The translations under genes and the position numbers were made by a program. A stretch of 20,352 nucleotides of DNA. It comes from Octopus sinensis (taxonomy: Eukaryota). Shown here one piece after another: positions 1 through 9,550 of the stretch; within the stretch, counting starts at the first letter, position 1; the number at the start of each line of letters is the position of its first letter. Where the stretch lies: contig NW_021836102.1 in NCBI RefSeq assembly GCF_006345805.1, positions 1 to 20,352 of the forward strand, read 5' to 3'. The notes under the pieces were generated by a model. That model was not told the origin of the DNA, did not search any database, and saw only the letters and a program-made list of their open reading frames with translations.

Positions 1-1253
1 GACCTTCGCTTACTTTTCTTGCATGAGTTCAAGCTTGGGTACAAACTGCCTCCCAAATTGCTGCCAATATCAGCAGAGCATGGGAAGAGGGGTCCACAAG
101 GGATCGCACAGTACGAAGGTGGTTTCAGAAATTCCGTAGTGGTGATGAGAGCCTTGAATATGAAGATGGTAGAGGACCGTCATGCAGTCTTGACAATGAA
201 GAATCGAAAGCAATTATTGAATAAAAGCCATGTCAAAGTGTCAGAGAAATGTTTCAGGTTCTTGGCGTCGGTATTGCAACGGTCTCAAGCAATCTGCAGA
301 AGATTGGTAAAGTGAAAAAGCTCGATAAAGGGGTACCGCATGATTTCAATGAAAATCAGAAAGTTCGGTATTTTGAAATGTGCTCGATACTCTTTCTACG
401 AAATACCAGTGATCCTTTTCTGGACCGTGACTTGTGACGAAAAGTGGATCCTTTATGATAACCTATTTCTTTATTACCCACAAGGGGCTAAACACAGAGG
501 GGACAAACAAGGACAGACATAGGTATTAAGTCGATTACATCGACCCCAGTGCGTTACTGCTACTTAATTTATCGACCCCGAAAGGATGAAAGGCAAAGCC
601 GACCTCGGCGGAATTTGAACTCACAACGTAACGCAGACGAAATACCGCTAAGCATTTCGCCCGGCGTGCTAACGTTTCTGCCAGCTTGCCGTCTTTATCC
701 TTTATGATAACCGTAAACGATTAGGTCAATGGCTTGATCGTGATGAGTCTCCCAAACATTTCCCAAACCCAAAGTTGCATCAGCAAAAGATTATGGTCAC
801 TGTCTGGTGGTCTGCAATTGGTGTTGTCCCATACAGCTTTCTGGAAGCCAATCAGAGCATTACAGCAGAGATTTACTGCAATCAGTTCGCCGAAATGCAT
901 GCTCACTTGCAAAAAATGAGACTTGCATTGGTGAATCGGCGTGACCCAATCCTGCTCCACGATAATGCAAAGCCACATGTTGCAAGAATGACGTTGTAGA
1001 AACACACAGATTTGGAATACGAGACTTTACCACATCCTCCATATTTTCCTGATCTTTCACCCACTGACTACCATTTTTAAAGCATTTAAACACGTTTTTA
1101 AGCGATAAAACTTTCAGGTTCAAACCAGAGGTGGAATCAGCTTTCAAAGATTTCTTAGCATGGAAGCCAATAAGTGTTAATCAACGAGGCATAAATAATC
1201 TCATTAATCGATGGTAGAGATGCATAGACGTTCACGGCTCATACTTTGACTAA
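1..1253 (+). pseudogene. Decayed mariner (D,D34D) transposase, missing its start at the window edge, interrupted by a SINE at 464-696
   Basis: Stitching frames gives HEFKLG..(HTH)..KGVPHDF (WVPH motif)..TCDEKWILYDN|RKRLGQWLD..PKPKLHQQKIMVTVWWSAIGVV..LLHDNAKPH..PHPPYFPDLSPTDYHF..GSYFD* (TAA 1251-1253). There are 34 residues between the HDNA Asp and the SPTD Asp. Several frameshifts and internal stops are present (e.g. TAG 997-999). Confidence 0.95.
464..696 (-). mobile_element. tRNA-derived SINE, family A, full length with 16-bp TSD
   Basis: ATCCTTTATGATAACC flanks it exactly at 448-463 and 697-712. The minus strand has an A-box-like TGGCAGAAACG, a B-box-like GAGTTCAAATTCC (complement at 610-622) and a GAAATA-type tail. 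It is homologous to 3237-3844. Confidence 0.92.
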
Positions 1254-1301
1254 TCAAAATATTTCTATTGTTAATTTTTCCAGAATAAAATTATGTTTCT
1301 G

Positions 1302-1333
1302 AAATCGGTTATTATTTTCGGAACAACCTAGTA
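1302..1333 (-). mobile_element. Right inverted terminal repeat of the mariner plus TA target dinucleotide
   Basis: The reverse complement reads TA|CTAGGTTGTTCCGAAAATAATAACCGATTT, resembling mariner ITRs of the TTAGGTTGGTGCAAAAGTAATTGCGGTT type. It lies about 50 bp after the transposase stop, with TA at 1332-1333. Confidence 0.8.
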
Positions 1334-1390
1334 CAGTGCCTGTGCACGACCTTTTTGTTAATTTTATTATTCGTTTATTTGAATTGATTA

Positions 1391-1549
1391 TATACACGCA
1401 CATACACACATACATACATACATACATACATACATACATACATACATACATACATACATACATACATACATACATACATACGTACGTACATACATACATA
1501 CATACATACATACATACATACATACAGACACACACACACACACGCACAC
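1391..1549. repeat. (CATA)n then (CA)n microsatellite
   Basis: Directly visible tetranucleotide and dinucleotide array. Confidence 0.95.
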
Positions 1550-1595
1550 TTGGAAATGGAAGCGTGGCGTTCAATTAAGTAGTAATATAAATAAT

Positions 1596-1865
1596 ATATA
1601 TGTATATGTCTCTATATATATGTGTATGTGTATGTATGTGTGTATGTATGTATGTATGTATGTATGTAGATATGTATGTATTTATGCATGTATGTATGTA
1701 TGTATGTATGGCATGCATGTATGTATGTATGTATGTATGCATGCATGTATGCATGTATGTATGTATGCATATATGTATGTATGTATGTATGTATGTAGAT
1801 ATGCATGTATGTATGCATGCATGTATATATGCATGTGTGTGTGTGTATGTATATGTATGTACATA
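1596..1865. repeat. Degenerate (TATG)n microsatellite
   Basis: Directly visible; it is the reverse complement of the upstream (CATA)n tract. Confidence 0.95.
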
Positions 1866-1939
1866 TTAGTATAAATATATGAATGTACGAATATCGTTTG
1901 TTGCTATCATTTATCCCCCACCAAGTCATACTTTACCTA

Positions 1940-2365
1940 TCCGCCCCATCTCTTCCCTCCACTTTGCCTCCATCTTGTCTTCATCTCTTTTCTCTCATTT
2001 CTTCTTCTATTTCTTTCCCTCATCAATCACTCACGCAGCCACCTTCTTCTCTCATACATCCAGCTCCGTATTCTTCAGGCTCCCATACTACCAGCAACCT
2101 TTCTTTCCCATCATTTCGTTCTTCGACTCTCGTCGTCTATACCTTCTCCGTCCCCTTTTTCCTTTGTCTTCCACTCACACCATCTAACCATCCTTCATAT
2201 CTGCGCCCATCATTTCCTACAGATCACAACCAAAGACCAACCACCAATACCACTATTTCCAACACCGCTGTTATCCGCACATCTTTCATATCAAGAAGCT
2301 ACCCTGTCCACCCCCACAACTAACTATCATCACCAATACCACCACTACCACTATCAACAGCACTA
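1940..2365. repeat. Pyrimidine-rich and (CCA/CTA)-type low-complexity sequence
   Basis: C/T-skewed tract grading into CACCACTAC trinucleotide periodicity. The ORFs here are compositionally biased (S/F/P/T). Confidence 0.7.
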
Positions 2366-2867
2366 ACTTCTCTATCGATTTCCTTGTTACACTAAAAGCC
2401 AACTTAATTAACCAGTGCATTCGTCAGCAGACATTTAGAGGTGTCAGTGCCGCCATTCACGAGCAGACGACAGGCTCATGTCGGCTGCTCTCTTCTTCAG
2501 TTTATACGATGTCTCTTTTAGCTACATCTTTCTCCCCACACTCTCTCTTCCCTCTTCTCTATCCTCTCTCTCCTTTCCCCTCTCTCTCCACCATTGCTCT
2601 TCCATTTAACAATGCTGTCAGTTTTGTCAGATTGATGCCACTTCTTGTTATTCTTGTTCTTGTTAATGTTTTTGTTAACCCAAGGTCAACGCCGAGCTCA
2701 GCTCAGAGGCATCCCACCCGCGACCATCCCGTTGTTTTAAGAGAGTGTAGGACTACATTATTTAAATGTTGCTTCCTTATTTGAAAATAGGAAACTTGTA
2801 ATTAGAGGAAGATTTAGCTGCTATTTCCGGCAGATCGAGTGTCCAAATAAAGGATTTCTTGCTACTT

Positions 2868-2883
2868 CAGTAGTAGTTGTTGT

Positions 2884-2915
<32 letters not shown>

Positions 2916-2990
2916 ACAAGGAGGTGGAGGAGAAGAAGAAGGGAAAGTTGGGGAAGAGGAGGAAGATGAAGAGAACGAAGAGGAGGATGT
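2868..2990. repeat. Compound trinucleotide tract (TAG/TTG/GAT/GGT/GAA)
   Basis: Directly visible (GAT)n, (GGT)n and purine-rich GAA/GAG runs. Confidence 0.85.
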
Positions 2991-3236
2991 TGCCATCGGT
3001 AACATTGTCGTTTGCTAGCAAGTTAGCCGTAATTAAGTAGTCATTTGATACACAGGGAGTCCCGAAAACACTAAGGCACGACCCCTTACCCTAGAAAATA
3101 TTGCACTCTCTCCACTGTCCCGTCTGTTTCCGTACACCAGTAAATTCAGGTGCTAATTAAAAGTACAGGTGAGCAAAGTGAGCTCAGCCAGAGAGCGACA
3201 ATGCTGTTTCGCTGTACTAGTCGTTCATATTATATA

Positions 3237-3844
3237 TATTTCTTTACTGCTCACAAGGGGCTAAACACAGAGGGGACAAACAAGGACAGACAAACGGATT
3301 AAGTCGATTATATCGACCCCAGTGCGTAACTGCTACTTATTTAATCGATCCCGAAAGGATGAAAGGCAAAGTCGACCTCGGCGGAATTTGAACTCAGAAC
3401 GTAACGGCAGACGAAATACCTATTTCTTTACTACCCACAAGGGGCTAAACATAGAGGGGACAAACAAGGACAGACAAAGGGATTAAGTCGATTACATCGA
3501 CCCAGTGCGAAACTGGTACTTATTTAATCGACCCCGAAAGGATGAAAGGCAAAGTCGACCTCGGCGGAATTTGAACTCAGAACGTAACGACAGACGAAAT
3601 ACCTATTTCTATTTCTTTACTACCCACAAGGGGCTAAACATAGAGAGGACAAACAAGGATAGAGAAACGAATTAAGTCGATTACATCGACCCCAGTGCGA
3701 AACTAGTACTTATTTAATCGACCCCGAAAGGATGATATGGCAAAGTCGACCTCGGCGGAATTTGAACTCAGAACGTAACGGCAGACGAAATACCGCTAAG
3801 CATTTCGCCCGGCGCGCTAACGTTTCTGCCAGCTCGCCGCCTTT
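3237..3844 (-). mobile_element. Head-to-tail trimer of SINE family A (one full copy plus two 5'-truncated copies)
   Basis: Units are 3237-3420, 3421-3603 and 3604-3844. Each begins TATTTC on the + strand. The first two end at ...GACGAAATACC; only the third continues into the tRNA-like head (GCTAAGCATTTCGCCCGG...GCCAGCTCGCC). Confidence 0.92.
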
Positions 3845-3915
3845 GTTCGTTTTATATAACCCAGCAATGGTTTTGAATCAGTTTAACTTATTAATATTGA
3901 ATCTGTTTTGGGATA

Positions 3916-3996
3916 TACAAGGGCTACTGAAAAGTTCCTGGCTTTGGGTAAAAAAGGATGTGAGAGGATCTGTTAATTTTGATTTTGTCCATAAGT
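3916..3996 (+). mobile_element. Probable mariner-type ITR or MITE fragment
   Basis: TA-CAAGGGCTACTGAAAAGTTCC resembles the TA-CGAGGG...GAAAAGT start of many mariner ITRs. No partner ITR was identified with confidence. Confidence 0.45.
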
Positions 3997-3997
3997 A

Positions 3998-4175
3998 GGC
4001 GCAGGAGTGGCTGTGTGATAAGTAGCTTGCCTATCAACCACATGGTTCCGGGTTCAGTCCTACTGCGTGGCATTTTGGGCAAGTGTCTTCTGCTCTAGCT
4101 CCGGGCCGACCAAAGCCTTGTGAGTGGATTTGGTAGACAGAAACTGAAAGAAGCCCGTCGTATATATGTATATAG

Positions 4176-4213
<38 letters not shown>

Positions 4214-4259
4214 TGTGTGTCTGTGTTTGTCCCCCTACTATTGCTTGACAACCGTGCTG
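3998..4259 (+). mobile_element. tRNA-derived SINE, family B (CORE-like), 3'-truncated
   Basis: It has A-box-like TGGCTGTGTGA, B-box-like GGTTCAGTCC, a CORE-like TTGGGCAAGTG segment and an internal (TA)n(TG)n. It aligns with 17116-17410 and stops at AACCGTGCTG. Confidence 0.9.
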
Positions 4260-4429
4260 CACGGATTTTTGTCAGTGAACAAGTTGCAGTCTTAAAGCGA
4301 CGAAAATATTTTGACAAATTAAACTTAAATTTTGAAGTAAATCGAACGGCTTTTGTGTGTTTCTTAAATGGCTTACAAACACCTTCCACGCTGCAATTGT
4401 TTACTGATATATTATTCTATACATATTCA

Positions 4430-4720
4430 CACAAATTCGAAACTATATATATTATCTTATATTAAACTTTTTAATACTTTTTGATAGTTATATATTTTTA
4501 AAAAAAGTTTAAAGGTTTAAAAATTTATTAATTTAAATTTTAAAAATATTTTTTTAAATATAAAAATTTATAAATATGAATTAATAATTTTAAATTTAAA
4601 TAATTTAGATTTAAAATTTTATATTTTATATATTTTGTATATTATATTAATTATTTTTATTTATATGAGTTGGTATGTTTTTCACAGTTTGATTTGCCTA
4701 ATAGTGGTTTTATCTCTAAT

Positions 4721-4813
<93 letters not shown>

Positions 4814-4828
4814 TATATATATATATAT
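4430..4828. repeat. Extremely AT-rich low-complexity tract ending in (TA)n
   Basis: Almost devoid of G/C between about 4480 and 4660; (TA)n at about 4727-4828. Confidence 0.85.
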
Positions 4829-5129
4829 CAGAGGGTGTGTCTGAAAAGTGTGTGTGTGGTCTATATATGTGTGAGGGTATAATGTGTGCGAATGGTATAT
4901 ATCAGGAATGGTGGGAGATTTTGTTGGGTGTCCGCCTTGCAAAGGTGTGCGTATGTGTACGTGGGTGCGTTGGTGTGTGCTCTGGTCAAACTCTCTGCCG
5001 AGGGAATTGCTGGAAGATCAACGCCGGGGACCTGTGGTTGCAGCTATGTTGGGGCGCGCAGGTACGAGAGGATGTACTTCCTTTCATGGGGGCAAGGATT
5101 AAACACCTCATTCCTGCTATTTAAGTAAA

Positions 5130-5666
5130 TATCCGGCTTGTTATTCTCTTTAAGTGAACGTTTTTCTGGTTGAAATACACCGAAAAATGGCGACACAGCA
5201 GTCAAAAACTCGTAAAAAATAAGGATTTTCATAGAAAAAAAGCACATTTTACATGTAAATAATTTTTGGTGTTAACATGGTCCGATTTGAATTTTATCTT
5301 GTAGAGAATGAAGAACAAGCCTTCTTCTATCATACTCCCAATTTTGGTCGATTTGCGCCACAGGGTCTCGGAGGAGATAGCGTAAGTTGAAGGCTACCAA
5401 ACCTGCCATACACAGACAACTTCAGCTTTATAAATAGTAAAAAATAGGGATTTTCATAGAAAAAAAGCACCTTTTTCATCTAAATAATTTTTGGTGTTAA
5501 CATGGTCCGATTTGAATTTTATCTTGTAGGGAATGAAGAGCACGCCTTCTTCTATCATACTCTCAATTTTGGTCGATTTGCGCCGCAGGGTCTCGGAGGA
5601 GATAGTGTTAATTGAAGGCTACCAAACCTGCCACACACAGACAACTTCAGCTTTATATATATAGAT
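5130..5666 (-). mobile_element. Helitron-like 5' terminal region with an internal ~225-bp tandem duplication
   Basis: The minus strand starts A|TCTATATATATAAAGCTGAAG, matching the 5'-TC start at an AT site typical of Helitrons. Direct repeats lie at 5212-5436 and 5437-5666. No 3' hairpin or CTRR end was seen, and the left boundary is approximate. Confidence 0.55.
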
Positions 5667-5990
5667 TTCCTTTCCTTATTTCCTAGTGACGATGTGATAT
5701 GACTTGAGTGAAATATGATCCCTATTTCTAGCAGATCGGATGTCTAGGTAGGGACTTTTGTCTGGGGAGTTGTGCCGTTGTTGTTATGTAAGCCGAACTC
5801 AGCCTTGATGAACAAATGTCTAAGTGAAGGCAATCCAAATGTGACCGTACTGTGTAATTCTTAACCACAAAGCACTCAAAACCATGTTATTTAACGTGAA
5901 GGTTTACGAAAATAAACAAAAGACGAAGGCAGGTGGAGTACAAACAAACAAATGTATTAGTATAGCGCTCAGGAATAGAAATAGAACAAG

Positions 5991-6028
5991 TCTTTTACGT
6001 TTCGAGCCTACACTCTTCGTCAGAAAGA
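5991..6028 (-). ncRNA. Minimal type I hammerhead ribozyme, family 1 copy 1 (canonical core)
   Basis: RNA: UCUUU-CUGACGA-A-GAGU[GUAG]GCUC-GAAA-CG-UA^AAAGA. Stem I is UCUUU/AAAGA, stem II has 4 bp including a U-G pair, and stem III is the loopless palindrome ACGU. Predicted cleavage is GUA^ between 5996 and 5995. Confidence 0.8.
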
Positions 6029-6168
6029 TACACAGAAAAGAAACAAGGAGAGAAAAAAATGCGTGTAGGAGCTAACAATGTATCATGGCGTCTTGACTTA
6101 GGGCAGTGGTCAGACGCTAGAGGGACAGTAGGGGAGATAACAGGGTCAAGTGACTTCCAAAACGAAGG

Positions 6169-6205
<37 letters not shown>

Positions 6206-6301
6206 CGGGAAGGTTTACGAAAATAAACAAAAGACGAAGGCAGGTGGAGTACAAACAAACAAATGTATTAGTATGGCGCTAAGGAATAGAAATAGAACAA
6301 G

Positions 6302-6339
6302 TCTTTTACGTTTCGAGCCTACGCTCTTCGACAGAAAGA
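6302..6339 (-). ncRNA. Hammerhead-like motif, family 1 copy 2 (core variant CUGUCGA)
   Basis: UCUUU-CUGUCGA-A-GAGC[GUAG]GCUC-GAAA-CG-UA^AAAGA. All stems are intact, with a U at conserved position A6. Confidence 0.65.
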
Positions 6340-6513
6340 TACACAGAAAAGAAACAAGGAGAGAGAAAAAATGCGTGTAGGAGCTAACGGTCTATCATGG
6401 CGTATATATATATATAACGGGAAGGTTTACGAAAATAAACAAAAGACGAAGGCAGGTGTAGTACAAACAAACAAATGTATTAGTATGGCGCTCAGGAATA
6501 GAAATAGAAAGAG

Positions 6514-6551
6514 TCTTTTACGTTTCGAGCCTACGCTCTTCGACAGAAAGA
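6514..6551 (-). ncRNA. Hammerhead-like motif, family 1 copy 3 (core variant CUGUCGA)
   Basis: Identical 38-nt motif to 6302-6339. Confidence 0.65.
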
Positions 6552-6898
6552 TACACAGAAAAGAAACAAGGAGAGAAAATGCGTGTAGGAGCTAGCGGTC
6601 CATTGTGACGTTATTTAACGTATCCAGTTTTAAGTCATTCGAAGGAGATTTGACTGCTATTTCTGGCTGGTGCGGGGGTCAAGTTGAGGTGCCTTTATCA
6701 GTGAATGTAATGGCGGTGGTTGTGATGGTGATGGGGTTTCTCGTCATCGTCGTCGTCGTCCATGTTTGTTCACAAATTTGGTTGCGGTGGCGTTACTGTC
6801 GTAGTAGGGGGGGTTGGATGTTTGCCGTTGATGACGATGGTTGCGGTGGTGAACGTGGCGTGGATGATTGTCACGAGTGCTCGGAGGTGGTGAGTACT

Positions 6899-7350
6899 GG
6901 TGGCGGAGGCGGCGGCGGAGTTTGTGGCGGCGGAGGCGGTGGCAGAGGCAGTGGCGGAGGCGGCAGCGGCAGCGGCGGAGGCGGCAGCGGCGGAGGCGGC
7001 GGAGGCGGCGGAGGCGGCGGAGGCGGCGGAGGCAGCGGCGGCGGAGGCAGCGGCGGTGGAGGCAGCGGCGGTGGAGGCGGCGGCAGGGGCGGCGGCAGGG
7101 GCGGCGGCAGGGGCGGCGGCAGGGGCGGCGGCAGGGGCGGCGGCAGGGGCGGCGGCAGGGGCGGCGGCAGGGGCGGCGGCGGAGGAGGCGGAGGTGGTGG
7201 CGGCGGAGGATGCGCAGGCCGGCGGCGGCGCAGGCGGCGGAGGAGGCGCAGGCGGCGGAGGAGGCGCAGGCGGCGGAGGAGGCGCAGGCGGCGGAGGCGG
7301 CGCAGGCGGCGGAGGCGGCGCAGGCGGCGGCGGCGGCGGCGAAGGTGGTG
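6899..7350. repeat. GC-rich (GGC/GGA)n compound repeat with 12-mer and 18-mer subarrays
   Basis: GGCAGGGGCGGC occurs 8 times (about 7082-7180). GGCGCAGGCGGCGGAGGA-type 18-mers lie at about 7227-7335. A degenerate GGT/GAT periodic zone precedes it (6710-6900). Confidence 0.9.
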
Positions 7351-7674
7351 GTTTCAATAAAACGTCAGTGGGGGGGCTAGGCGGAGCAGAGCAAAAAAGT
7401 GAGTGAAATAGTTTGTTTTGTTTTTTTTTTAAAAAAAGGGGGAAGCAAAGGAAGGCGGCGCAGGGCAGCGGAGCTCGAACCCTATTTAAACAGGACAAAC
7501 AGACAGACAGGGCTGTCAGCCATGCAGCTAGGCATGAAGTCAAGCAAGAAGACAATGAACGCTGGAAGCCGGGTGGGCGGGCGGGTGGGTGGGTGTTTGG
7601 GAAAAACCTCCACCCATGTCTTTCAGCTGATCGCACACTTTACACACATAGCATAGGCATATGGGCATACACAC

Positions 7675-8160
7675 AAGTATATATATACATACACACATGC
7701 ATACATACATACATACATGCATGCATACATGCATCATACATACATACATACATACATACATACAATACATACATGCATGCATACACACACACACACACAT
7801 ACATACATACATACATACATACACACATACATACATACATACATACATGCATACATATATACATACATGCATACACACATACATGCATACATACATACAT
7901 ACATACATACATACATGCATACACATATACATACATACACACATACATACATACATACATTCATACATACATACATACATACATACATACATACATACAT
8001 ACATGCATACATACATACATACACACATACATACATACATACATTCATACATACATGCATACATACATACATACATACATACATACACATAAACGCACAC
8101 ACACATACATACATACATACATACATACATACATACATACATACACACATACATGCAAAC
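7675..8160. repeat. (CATA)n microsatellite array
   Basis: Directly visible; it is the source of the HTYI/CMYV ORFs. Confidence 0.95.
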
Positions 8161-8261
8161 AAACAACAGGGAGACAGACAGACAGACATGCACACTTCTT
8201 CCATTGGACAGATCGGCTACCAACAACAGGACGCCAGATGGACACACATTAACGTTCCAAT

Positions 8262-8282
8262 GAACATATATACACATATATA

Positions 8283-8320
<38 letters not shown>

Positions 8321-8353
8321 ATATAATACATATGTATATATTATATATATATA

Positions 8354-8398
<45 letters not shown>

Positions 8399-8525
8399 CG
8401 TGTGTATATTTATACACATAAACACACACATACGGATATATGTGTCTGTGTGTATATATATGTATACGCGCATATATATTCATGCATGCTCTCGCGCGCG
8501 CAAAACACGCACACACACATACGCA
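8262..8525. repeat. (TA)n/(CA)n microsatellite
   Basis: Directly visible. Confidence 0.9.
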
Positions 8526-8904
8526 TGCGAGCGCGCGCGCACATGTGAAGCTCCCGGCAAGAGCAAATGAACCCGAGCGAACCCGAGTGATGACTCCTTG
8601 CTTTCCCTGTTCGACGTAGCTTGACCCCCTTAAAGATGAGGAAAAAGGGGTTGTTGTAGTTGTTGTAATTATTGTGTCGGTTGCAGTGGCTTGACAGAAT
8701 AGTTAGTTAGTGGTTGTTGCGTGGTGATGGTGGTGGTGGTGGTAGTGAGGGGGTTGAGATGGTGTTGGTGGTAGTGTTGGGGGGCGGGTGGGTGGTGAGA
8801 TTAGGGGAAACGGGGTGGGGAGAGAGTGAGATTATAAGGGAGAGTAGCGGGAGAGGAAAGAGAAGTGTAAAGGCTTCGTGTGTTCGAATTCCCCGTGAGA
8901 GTAA

Positions 8905-8923
8905 AATAATAATAATAATAATA

Positions 8924-8965
<42 letters not shown>

Positions 8966-9008
8966 TAATGATAATAGCAATAATAATAATAATAATAATA
9001 TATATATA

Positions 9009-9060
<52 letters not shown>

Positions 9061-9144
9061 ATATATATGCATGTATGTATGTATGTGTTTGTACTGTGTA
9101 CATATATGTGTGTGAATATATATATGTACGTGTGTATATACATG

Positions 9145-9193
<49 letters not shown>

Positions 9194-9220
9194 TTATATA
9201 TTATATATATTATATATATA
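8905..9220. repeat. (AAT)n followed by (TA)n/(TATG)n microsatellites
   Basis: Directly visible. Confidence 0.95.
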
Positions 9221-9550
9221 AAGTAACAGGAAACGGAAAATATAGACTCTTGCCATTTTTGTTGGTGTTATTGTTGATACTATCAATGTGATTCTTGTTT
9301 TTCTGATGTACTTTTTGCTGTTTTATAATTAAGCTATTTTCTCGTTGACGAAGTAGATCGCATTATGAAGAACGGAGAGCAGTGGAGGCGGGGAATGGAG
9401 AGGAAGGAGACAACGAGTTTTACAAAAATACGGACAAAAAAATAATATAATATGAAATGAAAACGTAATTGAAGACGAAGAAACCAAAGACGGGATAAAC
9501 TCTGTGGAATAAAACAGTCGAAAGGCACACGCACATGCGCACAACCGCTA

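Larger units (their letters stand above)
5886..6621 (-). mobile_element. Three-unit tandem repeat, each unit with a hammerhead motif (Penelope-like pseudo-LTR or retrozyme-like)
   Basis: Units start on + at about 5893, 6203 and 6415 (TAACG(G/T)GAAGGTTTACGAAAATAAAC...) and are joined by (TA)n. An exact GTTATTTAACGT lies at 5886-5897 and 6610-6621. Confidence 0.8.

Noticed and set aside
1254-1929. CMYV/HTYI ORFs (also 7413-8331 and the YIYI ORFs)
   Set aside because: They are translations of tetranucleotide and dinucleotide microsatellites.
3221-3860. TSD for the SINE trimer (TCGTT...ATATA on both sides)
   Set aside because: Only partial similarity in AT-rich sequence; not an exact duplication.
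4826-5125. Mariner-ITR-like start (AGAGGGTGTGTCTGAAAAGT) and GT-rich ORFs
   Set aside because: The match is degenerate and the surrounding sequence (4430-5125) looks low-complexity or low-quality; no element could be delimited.
6605-7636. Gly/Ala/Arg/Pro-rich ORFs on both strands
   Set aside because: They are translations of GGC repeats, open in many frames, with no recognisable domain or convincing splice context.
8562-8590. GAACCCGAG direct repeat pair
   Set aside because: A 9-bp local duplication with no further supporting structure.
9340-9450. Protein-like peptide LVDEVDRIMKNGEQW...
   Set aside because: It is short, ends in a stop, has no clear splice donor and no recognised family; likely chance.
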